Under the pieces are notes generated by a model, which was not told where the DNA came from, did not search any database, and saw nothing but the letters and a program-made list of their open reading frames with translations. A program made the position numbers and the translations under genes. A DNA stretch of 43,577 bases, counting the filler, from Catajapyx aquilonaris (taxonomy: Eukaryota), in assembly GCA_000934665.2 (NCBI GenBank). It is 2 parts of 2 records of this genome, joined end to end, with 100 filler letters (N's around TTAATTAATTAA, not from the genome) between each part and the next. Parts side by side here need not be neighbours in the genome. Positions count along the whole stretch, not along the records: positions 21,836 to 43,577 come from KZ539452.1; 1 more part is not named here. One strand, 5' to 3'. This document shows positions 26,822 through 37,219 of this stretch, piece by piece. Every line of letters starts with the position of its first letter. Within the stretch, counting starts at the first letter, position 1.

Positions 26822-27138
26822 CAGCTCCCTGTCACTCCTACCCCAGCCTTATGCAGACACCCTGTGAGCTTAGTTGCTCTCCAAGTGGGCCGATTTTTGG
26901 CACTGCTGTTGCACATGGTCCCCAAGGCGGTTCGGGCAGACGACTTCTCAACCAACCCAAACCGTTATTTCCACTGCAGTCCAGAGCACATTTACAGAGT
27001 TGTCTACCCGCTGCCTGAACCACCTTCAGGAGTGTGGAGCAACAGCAGAGCCAGATTTGGGGGGGTTGGAGTGGTGGGGTGGAGAGCAAGTGAGCTCACA
27101 CAAAATGGGAGGGAGTGTCGGGACCTGAGTATTACAAG
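26822..27138. mobile_element. 317 bp GC-rich insertion in the unit 2 3' region
   Basis: Absent from the paralogous positions (~23175, ~36790). Flanked by CCTTCAA at 26815-26821 and 27139-27145. Confidence 0.6.
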
Positions 27139-27549
27139 CCTTCAAGACATGCTCTCCAAGACATTAATGAAAGAGGTGTCAAAGGTTCGGTAACATTCGC
27201 TGTCTTCAAGAAGAATGAGATACACAATCATGGTCATATCAGATTGTTGCAATCACAAAGCTGAAAGAACAGGGGCAAGAAAGGTCTTTTTATATATGAT
27301 GATTATTATTATGAAGATAATTTTTCTTACACAAAATAATATTCTTCCATCAAGCCATACAGCTCAACAAAAATGATTCTAATGATGGTGGTGAGCTACT
27401 TCCGTAGGTATGGCAAAAGGTCGTGAACAATGGGACAGTACGGGTAAAGCTAATTTGCTTCACAATAAATCCTGTCGTGATAAAAGAAATGCTATTGCTA
27501 CTATCATACTTTTTTCAATATAATCCTCCATGCATTATCAAGAAAAACC

Positions 27550-28308
27550 TCATAAATCTGCTTGTCGTAAATTTTCCCTGGCATCTGAGGAAAGAGTTTG
27601 GCTTGGCAACACTTCATGATGATTTTGCACATGTAGCTTCATGTAATTTTTATTGTGGAATTTCCTACTGCAAAATTGGCAAGAAAATGGCTTTTCTCTT
27701 GAATGTATTGTCATATGCACCTTCAAGTGATCTCTTAGGGCAAAGTGTCTGTGGCACACATGACAACTGAATGGTTTCTCACCAGTGTGGACCAATCTGT
27801 GACGTTTCAGATGGTAAGATTTGCTGAAAGCCATCCCACACACTTCACACTGGTAAGGCTTTAATCCAAGGTGAACAGCTTTCATATGACAAGATTGAGA
27901 TCCTTTAGTGGTGAAGCTGGCACCACACAATTTGCAGCAAAATTTTGATTTACTCCCTCCTCGTTTGACCTTACCATGTGCTGAATTGCCCAACTGCTGA
28001 GAATTGATATCTGATGCAGTCCCTTTCTCCACAATTCTGTTCCTTTTGAGTATTGCATTGGCCACGTCACTCTCACTTGACTGAAGACACTTTGGATGAG
28101 CATGTTTTCCAGGTGTCTCTCCCTCTGGGACAAAAGTGCTGAGTTGTTCTGGGTGAGATTCCTGTATCACATCCTGCTGTTCTTCAACCACCACTGCATG
28201 AGACTTGATGCATTGTTTCAAAGAAGATGGAACGTTGAAAGTTTTGTTGCAGATGCCACATTGGAAGAGGTCCTTGGAGGGTGTCTGGGTCATTTGGTGT
28301 GAATTCCT
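27550..28308 (-). CDS. Unit 2 terminal exon, C2H2 ZF protein (1 atypical CCCH + 4 C2H2 fingers)
   Basis: Acceptor tactttcag|AGG AAT TCA. Open for 253 codons; canonical Cx2Cx12Hx3-4H fingers with a TGEKPF linker. Confidence 0.88.
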   Translation of the reverse strand, partial: RNSHQMTQTPSKDLFQCGICNKTFNVPSSLKQCIKSHAVVVEEQQDVIQESHPEQLSTFVPEGETPGKHAHPKCLQSSESDVANAILKRNRIVEKGTASDINSQQLGNSAHGKVKRGGSKSKFCCKLCGASFTTKGSQSCHMKAVHLGLKPYQCEVCGMAFSKSYHLKRHRLVHTGEKPFSCHVCHRHFALRDHLKVHMTIHSREKPFSCQFCSRKFHNKNYMKLHVQNHHEVLPSQTLSSDARENLRQADL

Positions 28309-28763
28309 CTGAAAGTAAAGTCCATCATGATTATCCAAAAGTGCCTGAAAATTTAACTTGCACTGTCTAATTTGAAAGAAAGTGTAGCTCTCTACATAAT
28401 TGAGTTTACATTCATATAGTGAATATGTTGGCATTGCTCAGGCGTACTGATGGTTTCCTCAGCACAACAGCACAACAGGTTATAGTTAGGCAAAAGAGGT
28501 GAACATGCATTTCCTCCCTGCATATCCCATGTTCCCTTTCCCCTCTGCCTCACCTCCACTTGCGCCACCTCAGAGGGCCAACATGGTGTTACGTGACATT
28601 TCTGCCGATAGGAAGACAGTGAAACCTTAATATTATGGCCATGCATATCCAATTCGGTAGCCGTATAGTATACAAGCTTGTAGAAATTAAGACCATTACA
28701 TACTTTATATGCACTTCCTCAGAGCCGGGTGAACAATCTTCACTATCCTGATTACTCAACTAT

Positions 28764-28950
28764 ACAGGGTGGTCGGTAAAAGGCACACAAGCTTCAGGTA
28801 GCGAGATTCCTTGTGAAAAATCAGTATATGTAAGTGAAGATCCTATTGCTCTACGATGCCTGGTTAGAGATCAAGAGGCCTCCAGAGTTTGGGCCAAATC
28901 ATGAAATCACATCCGTGAGCGAAATTCAAACACTACCGGATCGCTACTGT
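28764..28950. mobile_element. Tc1/mariner-type terminal fragment in the unit 2 intron
   Basis: Starts TA|CAGGGTG and is absent from paralogous introns. No partner end seen. Confidence 0.35.
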
Positions 28951-29286
28951 ATGTGACAAGTTGCCATGTTGACATCCCTCCCTCCAATCCTGAGCACAAC
29001 AAAATTACATCACTCTCAATGACAACTAGCACTGTCCTGATATCTTTCACGAGAGGCAAGTTTCAGTTCTTTAAAATGAGTTTTAAAAACACTTCAGGGA
29101 TAGTCATTTCGACGTGCTTCTATTTTCACATGGTCAAGTTCAGTAGTTAGTTACAAGCTATGTTGAAATGCATGTATGGGCTTTCCAATGCTACGTTGAT
29201 TCTACAACAAACTTAAGAGATAAGGTCATAGGCGCCTGCTAGAAATCTGTGTCCATACTAGAATGATAATAACAATCAAGTGTTAC

Positions 29287-29429
29287 CTCAACTTGGATCG
29301 TTCTATTAACTGCTTCCTGTACAAGATTTCTTCCAGGGATATCAGAACTTGAAGAAGCCCCTTGATGTGGATGCTGCTTGAGATTGTAATCTTCAATATC
29401 AGCCCCAGGATATCTCTCGGGATGTGGTT
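29287..29429 (-). CDS. Unit 2 linker exon (143 nt)
   Basis: ttttctgcag|AA CCA...GTT GAG|gtaaca. Encodes EPHPERYPGADIEDY...IQVE, in frame with 28308. Confidence 0.8.
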
Positions 29430-29730
29430 CTGCAGAAAATATGTATTTCATGTAGCAGGCATTCTTACATTTTCACACATGCATTGTTACACAATTAAAA
29501 TTCAAGTTCTGTGAGTACAAAACAACAAGTGGTTTCACATATGCATGCAACCGTCAATGCATTATCCCAGGTGGGCCACCTTCTCCCTGATGTCCTACAC
29601 TCTTGCACCCACACCAGGGGACTGCTTGCGCTGGGATGGAATGGAAGTTGGTTTCAAGTCGTCAAATTCACCCCCATAACTGCAAGTTTCAGGCCCCATC
29701 TTTATGCAATGGCCAACATTCCTTTGCCTC

Positions 29731-29966
29731 ACTGAAGCAGGTTGGTGTAGGGGATAAGGAGCCCGCCTGCTAATCGGGAGGTCCTGGGTTCGAATCCCGG
29801 GCCCGGCGACCCTGACCATGGTTTTCTGTGGTTTTCCATGGTCCCCTCCAGGACAATTCCGGGGCCACAGCCACTTCCTTCTTGCCCTATCCCTGGTCCC
29901 GTCCAATGGTGGTAATCCACCCCCCTAAGGGAGCCAAAGGCTCTAGCATTGGGTATGAAATAAATA
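29731..29966 (+). mobile_element. Full-length tRNA-derived SINE
   Basis: A box TGGTGTAGGGG (~29743), B box GGTTCGAATCC (29787-29797), (AAAT)n tail. Perfect 16-bp TSD AACATTCCTTTGCCTC at 29715-29730 and 29967-29982. Confidence 0.92.
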
Positions 29967-31113
29967 AACATTCCTTTGCCTCTTGCCTGGGCAAACTAAA
30001 ACCCCTCCATTTGTAAACATTTGTAAAGTCTCAAATGGATATGCCATGGGTATTTACATTGGGATTTTTCACACACTGCTGGGTTTAACATGTTGCAGCA
30101 ACTATTAGCAGATTGGAAAGTTAGCTGTGAAATGTTGCACGTATCTTAGAGTGTGTTCAAAAACTTGTGTGATATTGGTGCTTTTGATCAAATTCAAGAC
30201 ATTTTGGAGTGGCTCTGAAGTTAAGGCACAATGGCGGGATGTGAGGATTTGCTTCAGGCCCTCGCTAAGACAGATTCTAGTGAGCTTTAAAACACAACTT
30301 TACCTGCCAGACAACAGGCTGACAATGGTGGTGGTGGTGGTGAAGCCAAGCTTTAACCATTGTCGAGTTGTACCAAAGCAATGAGTGCTAATTAGTCATC
30401 ACAGCTTTCCTGTAAGCTTGCAACATCACCAAAAGAGACCAACCAAATATGGTGAATATTGAAAGCGTATTTTTCAGGATGAAAATGAAAAGTGCTACTG
30501 GAAAAATGAAGATCAAATATTTTTATTTAAAAGTAGCATTGCAGATTATACTTAAATGGAAAAGTAACACTGGTGTATGTTTCTTTATGTAGTAAATACA
30601 CTCTGGGAAATGTGAATATTCTTTTATTTAAATCATTTCATATAGGGACCCGCACTTCCTTTTTCAATTAATTTTCCTGTAAACACGGGAATTAAAAGGG
30701 GCCTGATAAAAGTAATGAATCGAGGTGTCCCCATATTCGGATAACTAATATGGTTATTACGACAAGATGAATAACCAATTCAAGGTGTGAATTGCCAAAG
30801 TACTGGTTACTATAAAAGAAATGGACATTTTCAATGTTTTAGAGAAACCAAAGAATTATTGATAGACTCAAAATACTTGCATGGTCTTTTAGTGCATGTC
30901 TTGAAGTTTGTATGACTAAATTACAAATGAGCTAGGCTTGAGCCTTTTGTCACATGACAGTATCAATTCAACAATGCAATTTGTTCCAAGTACACTGGAT
31001 CATGTCCACTTCAACGCTTGCAACAAGCAGGTAATTTCGAACCTCCATGAGCCAGTGAGGCACATCTCCACCTTGTACCATGAAGCATCATGAAAACCTC
31101 ATGTATTAGTATT

Positions 31114-31848
31114 TCATATATCTTCCCCTACATCTGAGGAAAGAGCCTGACTTGCATTTGCTATGCAACATCTTTTAACATGTGAATTCATGCTATTTTT
31201 ATGGTGGAACTTCATATTGCACAATTTGCAAGAAAATGGCTTTTCTCCTGAATGTACTGTCATATGCATAGTCAAGTTACCTTTTTGGCCAAAACGTTGA
31301 TGGCACACATGACAACTGAATGGTTTCTCACCAGTGTGGACCAATCTGTGGCGCTTCAGCTGCTGAGATTGGCTGAAAGCCTTCCCACATACCTCACAAT
31401 GATAAGGTTTTAACCCAAGGTGAACACAATTCATATGATGAGATTGAGATCCTTTAGTGGTGAAGCTGGCACCACACAATTTGCAGAAAAATTGTGATTT
31501 ACTCCCTCCTGGATGGGCCTTACCATGTGCAGAAGGGCTCAACTTGTGAGCAATGTCTTTTTTAGCCCCTTTCTCCAATTTTTTCTTCGCTTTTCTTCTT
31601 GCAATGGACACATCATTCTCACTGGAATGGAGACTTCTTGGATGAGCATGTCTTCGAGGTGACTCTACGTTTGGGGCAGAAGTGCTGAGTTGTTCTGGCT
31701 GAGATGCCACGCCCAGCTGTTCTTCGACCACCACAGCATGAGACTTGATGCATTCTTCCAGAGACGATGGAATGTTGAAAGTCTTGTTGCAGATGCCACA
31801 TTGAAAAAGGTCTTTTGATGGTGTCTGGGTCGTCGGGTGTAAATTCCT
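31114..31848 (-). CDS. Unit 3 terminal exon, ZF protein (CCCH + 3 C2H2 + C2HC)
   Basis: Acceptor tactttcag|AGG AAT TTA. Open for 245 codons with TGEKPF and SGEKPF linkers. Confidence 0.88.
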   Translation of the reverse strand, partial: RNLHPTTQTPSKDLFQCGICNKTFNIPSSLEECIKSHAVVVEEQLGVASQPEQLSTSAPNVESPRRHAHPRSLHSSENDVSIARRKAKKKLEKGAKKDIAHKLSPSAHGKAHPGGSKSQFFCKLCGASFTTKGSQSHHMNCVHLGLKPYHCEVCGKAFSQSQQLKRHRLVHTGEKPFSCHVCHQRFGQKGNLTMHMTVHSGEKPFSCKLCNMKFHHKNSMNSHVKRCCIANASQALSSDVGEDI

Positions 31849-31866
31849 CTGAAAGTAAAGTACATA

Positions 31867-32594
31867 AATGTTTATATTATGGCGATGCACGGATAATCCG
31901 CACTCGGGTAATCGGGAGTCGAGTGTAATTGGATTGTATTGTTGGTTGCCAGTTGTGCCAACTCAACCTTCACTGACTGCAAACAACCTGTCAGTTGGCA
32001 CAACTGGAAAACCAACAATATTACATTCCAGGCTGATTCGAACATGGGATATTTGCAACACGCCTTCTTACATTTGATTCTATGCATTCGAGGGTAGTCA
32101 GTTTCCGACACTACACAGAAAGAAGTGCCTTGAAGCCTGTGTACTGTACTTCCCATCTGTGAAAGCACGGCGCATGGGTAGGTCTACGAGCGCAGTTCCA
32201 AAGCAGTCCGATCAGTAATGCCAAGGTTAGAATTTCGAACTTACATTTCTACACCAGTGCATACAGCCATTTTTCAGTAGCCAGCGACCCGTGGCGAAGG
32301 GGGGACAGGTAGGGTGGGTGGGGAAGGGGAAAAGGTCCGGAGGTGACGATGACGGCGTGAGAGACGAAAAAAAAGCGACCTTCACATGCGGAGGTCAACA
32401 TGCAAGTGAAAGGGTCCCACCCCCATTGCGCATGCTCGGAACAGGGGCCAATCGGAGGCGCCTGGTAACAATATGTGTTGAATACGTTGCAATAACTATG
32501 GACAGGGGCCAATAGGAAGAGGTGGCGGCAACAATATGAGGGCGGACTAATCAGAGGGCTCGGCCACGCAATGCAAGGATTTTAATATTATAGA
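31867..32594. mobile_element. Intronic insertion(s), possibly Helitron/Helentron-like
   Basis: Replaces the paralogous intron sequence. Inverted repeat 31937-31963 / 31993-32020. Right end TTTTAATATTATAGA|T is the reverse complement of A|TCTATAATATTAAAA, like a Helitron 5' end. Confidence 0.4.
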
Positions 32595-33146
32595 TTGGTA
32601 CAGCTCAAATACTACATCTAGTGGCACACATTTTTAGACATAAAATATATCAACACATTGCTACCCACACATTCATTTACTTGAAGGTTATTTACTCACT
32701 TCCTGCTCACAAGTTGCATCAAATTCCACATCTCCAATGTTGAAATGGTTCGCATCATTGAACTCATTTTTTATACGGTTTTCATAGCAAGAGTAATCAG
32801 CCTCTCTTCCTTCATTTCCTTGCGTCCACAATTCAGTCATCTGCTCCCTCCAATCCTGAGCACAAGAAAATCATGTCACTCTTAATGACAACCAGCACCA
32901 TCCCTGTCTCTTTCCTCACAAGGCCTGTTTCACAATCTTCCATATTGGTACAAAATCTCATTGACCCTCATTCCCCCAGATTCTATTGCCCCACCTTCAA
33001 GTTTGGGAGTTAGTTACAAGCCCCATTAGAAATCACATGTATGGGCTTTCCAATGCTATGTTGATTCTATGGCATTTTAAAAAGTTGAATTCATAGGGGC
33101 CGCTATAAATCAATGTCCATAGTAGAATGGTAATAATTCAGCTTAC

Positions 33147-33289
33147 CTCTACTTTGACAGTTCTGTTAACTGCCAGCTGTTCAAGATTTCTTCCAGGCAC
33201 ATCAGGACTTGAAGAAGCCCCTTGATGTGGATGCTGCTCTGGCTCATACACTTCAACAGTAGCACCAAGGTGTCTCTCAGGATGTGGTT
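33147..33289 (-). CDS. Unit 3 linker exon (143 nt)
   Basis: ttttctgcag|AA CCA...AAA GTA GAG|gtaagc. Encodes EPHPERHLGATVEVY...TVKVE. Confidence 0.8.
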
Positions 33290-33420
33290 CTGCAGAAAAT
33301 AAATATTTCAATATTCTTGCACTCCCCAGGTCATTCTTACATTTTCATGCATGTATTGTTAGCCAATTGAAATTCTAGTGCTATAAGTGCTATGACCTGC
33401 AAAAATATTGTCGCGACTGT

Positions 33421-33765
33421 TTATCTGTGTATAAAGGACTTTGCCAATGGCAAAGCCACAATAATGTTCATTGGCCTGTGGCATTGTTGGCAGATCCAAC
33501 ACACACAATAAGGGCCCATCTCGTCATCACTCATGTGTCTCATACAACTGACATCAATCATTTTTCCCAGTTCCATGGCCTCAGTCCATACCCAACCTGC
33601 ATCGTGAGGTGTCCTCCCTTCCTGTTCCTTCAGGATGAACCCTTCTATCCTGGCCATCCTCCTGTCCATCTCTGCAATGGTCCTCTCAATCCTGTCGGTC
33701 TGGGCCAGGCTTCGTTCCAAGAGGGACGCAATGTGGGGCAACATGGTTGGTGGTTGGGTGGCCAT
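33421..33765 (-). CDS. Orphan 114-aa ORF (coiled coil + Cys/His cluster) within an insertion
   Basis: ATG at 33765 in the context GACATGG. Heptad-like LAQTDRIERTIAEMDRRMARIEGFIL followed by C..H...CVCWICQQCH. GC-richer than its flanks and not present in other units. Confidence 0.4.
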   Translation of the reverse strand: MATQPPTMLPHIASLLERSLAQTDRIERTIAEMDRRMARIEGFILKEQEGRTPHDAGWVWTEAMELGKMIDVSCMRHMSDDEMGPYCVCWICQQCHRPMNIIVALPLAKSFIHR

Positions 33766-33990
33766 GTCCTCCTCGGCAACTCTATGTGGGAAGGGGATCG
33801 GCCTCTGCAGCAACGGGAGAATGGGCGTTAAGAAGGTCGGAGAAGAGACGAAGATGGAACCAAACCTTTGTCGTTGGAACAAGAGAAGTCGACTTCTTCT
33901 CGACCGCTCGTGTGGCTGAGCTTTTCGAACCAGTGACAGAGACCGCGGACGGAGTGTGGCAGCACCGTCGATAATTTTTTCCTCTAGTCG

Positions 33991-34006
33991 CAGCGCCTCT
34001 AGTGGT
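33991..34006 (-). promoter_or_regulatory. CTCF-like motif
   Basis: ACCACTAGAGGCGCTG on the minus strand; motif resemblance only. Confidence 0.25.
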
Positions 34007-35379
34007 AAAAATCCGTATCATATTTCATGATTGGAGATATTGGAGGGAAATATTTATATTGAAATGGGGATGAGGTCAGACCAGGTCAGACTGGTCTTGG
34101 CGATGATGAAGAAATGAAGCAGATGCTCAAAGCCTTGCTGAGAGAGCAATTTTAGTGAGTCCAAGCCCGCTGGAGAATTTTTGTAAACTTTCAGCAGTAT
34201 ACCAAAAAGAGACCAACCAAAATATGCTGCATATTGAAAGTGTTTATGTTACAGTATGAAAGTGAAAAGTGCTATTGGGTAAATGAACATCAATGACCCT
34301 TTTCTTTAAACAAAGAAGCAACGTGAATTATACATAACTGGTAAAACAATGTTGGTGTACATTTTTCTTAATTGCTATAAATACATATTGGAAAATGTCA
34401 CTTACACCATTAGAAAATAAGAAAAAATCGATGGAGGCACTACCATTTATTGTTTTACTGCATCCATCAGTCCCCCTAAAAACAATGAATCGAAGTTTCA
34501 CTGCACTTGTCTGATGAGGCTATTACCTCAAACTGAACAACCCATCCAAGACCTGAATTTCTGTAGTATTTCTGATTAAGAATGGCACATTGGATCAACT
34601 CATGTTATAAAGTACGTAGCTTTTGTTGTGAAAAAATTAGTTAGACAAGTATTTTGGATCACCCTAGCTGCACCTACATGCTGTAATAAAAATGCCGCAT
34701 TAAACTTCTATCATTTTATATTCGGCACATGGAAATTGCCCTCAGGTTCACAGAAGGTACATCATAGCACCTGCATGACACAGGCTGTTGCGGAAAGGGC
34801 ACTTTGCGTACAAAACTAATGGGTGGGAAGAGGTTTAACTCCGAGAAGGAACAATGAGGACACAAGGATGTGGTACTGCTACTTCCTACAGGTTTCCTTT
34901 CTCTGGGTGTTGGAGTGAACAATCTACTCCTCTAACACCTATCCCACTCTTATACGTGAGACCCTTGGACAATGATTCAATCTGAATCTCATAGTATGGA
35001 TTGTAAAATTGCAGGAAGAGGACTCGTGGATTAAATTGTCGGCAATGCAAGAGTCAGCCTAGTTAAAGAAAGCCCCCTGAGAGCTCTCAGTTCATGAACA
35101 CAACCCTGGATAAGGAATCAACGGCATGCTATGCTTATACATGACCATGTAAAATGGGAAGTCGCCTGATGGAGCACATGCTCCACGGGAGGAAATAAAT
35201 AATACGTAATAATAAAAACACAACCCAGGGTACAAATCACGCTAACTATTCCAATAACAAAAAGTTTCCCACTCTATTGACTACCTTGGATGATCATTAG
35301 GTGGCAGGTGAGGTATTCTGTAAATGTTAACTACTGATTCACTTAGGTGTAAGAGATGTTTTTAATATGTTTGGTGCAG

Positions 35380-36437
35380 TCCATAAAAAACCAGCCATAT
35401 TTATTGTGGAAAACCTAAGGGACAAACAATAACGCCGATTGGCAGAGATAACCTTCAAACCTGAAAGAAAATTATGCCCATATGCATGAGCAGCTAGAGC
35501 AAGAAGGCGTGTCATCAAGTGATCAAAAGGGAAATGCCTCACCGAAAGCACTGTCTAAGCGTAATACTTGCATGCGAGACTAATGCCCACTAATGTCTGC
35601 CCCCATACAGCAATTTCTATCAAATATTTCATGCAGAAATTGAAGTGACAAGTCCTCAGCCACCCATCACTACAGTACCGACCTGTCATCCTGTGACTTT
35701 CACATTTTTGGTGAACCGAAGAAAGCTTTGCAACGATGCAGATTCCAGGGGGACAATAAAGTTAAAGAGGGGGTTCGTGTGAGGTTCCACGCTGCATCCA
35801 AGGATTTCTATGAGGCGGCTATTGTAGGCCTAGTGTCTCATTGGGATAAACAGCTCAATCATTGCCGAAATACCTTTGTTAAAAGGTAAACCTTTACGCT
35901 GATAGAGCCGTCAGCTTGGTTTTTATTGACTAGGGGGCCGTCCATAATCCGCGCGGACAGATTTTTTCACTTTTTTACCTCCCCCCCTCCCCTTTGCGGA
36001 CAGAAGCGGACAATATCTTACCTCCCCCCCTAAAAATTGCGCGGACATGGCCTCCTTGACCCCCCNNNNNNNNNNNNNNNNNNNNNNNNNNNNNNNNNNN
36101 NNNNNNNNNNNNNNNNNNNNAAAACGGCCGAGTCCTTAATATTCATTTGACGTTTATTGTCCGCGCGTACAACTGACTTCTACCCCCACCCCCCTGTACG
36201 GACAAAAGCGGACAAAGTGCAACCCCCCTCCCCCCCTTCACTTGTCCGCGCGGATTATGGACGGCCCCTAGACGGTGTTTTCGGTGATCGCTTCACTTTT
36301 GATCACATGATACAACACCTGCTGCCTCCAGCCACGCATGCATATGCACATAATTTTCTTCAGAGTTTGAAGGTTATCCCTGCCAATCGGCGTTATATTC
36401 TGTCCCATAGGTTTTCCACGATAAATACGCCTCGTTA
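35380..36437 (+). mobile_element. Rearranged mariner relic with transposase C-terminal fragment
   Basis: 35588-35877 translates (H.)NVCPHTA...VLSHP/YSTDLSSCDFHIFG..KKAL...RF...VKE.V..FYE.AI..LV..WDK, matching the mariner HDNARPH and YSPDLAPSD motifs. Inverted arms of ~160 bp at 35396-35558 and 36269-36428. Confidence 0.85.
35934..36268. mobile_element. PIF/Harbinger-type MITE
   Basis: Perfect 26-bp TIR GGGGCCGTCCATAATCCGCGCGGACA with TAG on both flanks (35931-35933, 36269-36271). Contains an N gap at 36066-36120. Confidence 0.88.
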
Positions 36438-37219
36438 ATTTCACTCAAACATGTATAATTCACACAGAGTATATCATGGTCTGTCTCATTAGGAACTCAA
36501 ATAACGTCCCTGAGTAGAATATAAACAAAATATTCCACATTCTAAAAGGGTTCAAACAATGACAGTCTCCACTCAGCAGTAGCAGGACTTCATTTTGATT
36601 GCTGGATATAAAGTAATGGCAACTTTATTAACGCCTTGCACTGTATGAACACCAGGAAGTGTACTCACGTTAGCAGCTAATAAGTAGGTTCTGTGGCACT
36701 TGGATGGGGACAGTTTCGCAAGTTCCTATGCATTAAGCTCCAAATGCATGAAGCTGTAATGTTGAATGATCATATTGGACCACCTCAAATACGGTACATG
36801 TTCACCAAAAATGAGCGACATGCATAAAAAAAAGGTGGCAAGGCTTGCTAATGTTCACCGCCTTCAAGTAGAATGAGATGATGGCCATATCAGATTGCTG
36901 CAATTACAAAGTTGAAATAACAGATATGCAAGGAAATTGTTCACCCAAGACATGATTTCTTCAAGCCAGAGGGCTCTCCCGCACATTTCAACAAGAATGA
37001 ATCTAATGATGGTTCCCGAGTTATTTTGAAAGGTGTGGCAAAAGGTTGTGAACATGGGAAGGCTCAAATAAAGTTAATTTCTTTGACAGTAAATCCTGCA
37101 CTCATGTAGAAATGCGTTGCCACTATTATACTGTATATCCAGTCTTCAGACTTTTATCAATACAATCCTCTATGCAGCCTCATGAAAACCTCATAAATTT
37201 GCATGCCATCAATCTTCCC

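Noticed and set aside
28309..28434. ORF-track N-terminal extensions of the ZF proteins (also 24305-24334, 31849-31890, 41700-41792)
   Set aside because: They lie upstream of a conserved tttcag acceptor and their starts are not conserved between units, so they are intron read-through.
29430..29500. Conserved GTAAG/GTGAG 39-57 nt upstream of the linker exons as the donor of a start exon
   Set aside because: The intron would be only 39 nt in unit 2, and nearby ATGs give phase 2 or 0 rather than the required phase 1.
29735..29806. tRNA gene
   Set aside because: It is the head of a SINE with body, tail and TSD; the acceptor stem is not convincing.
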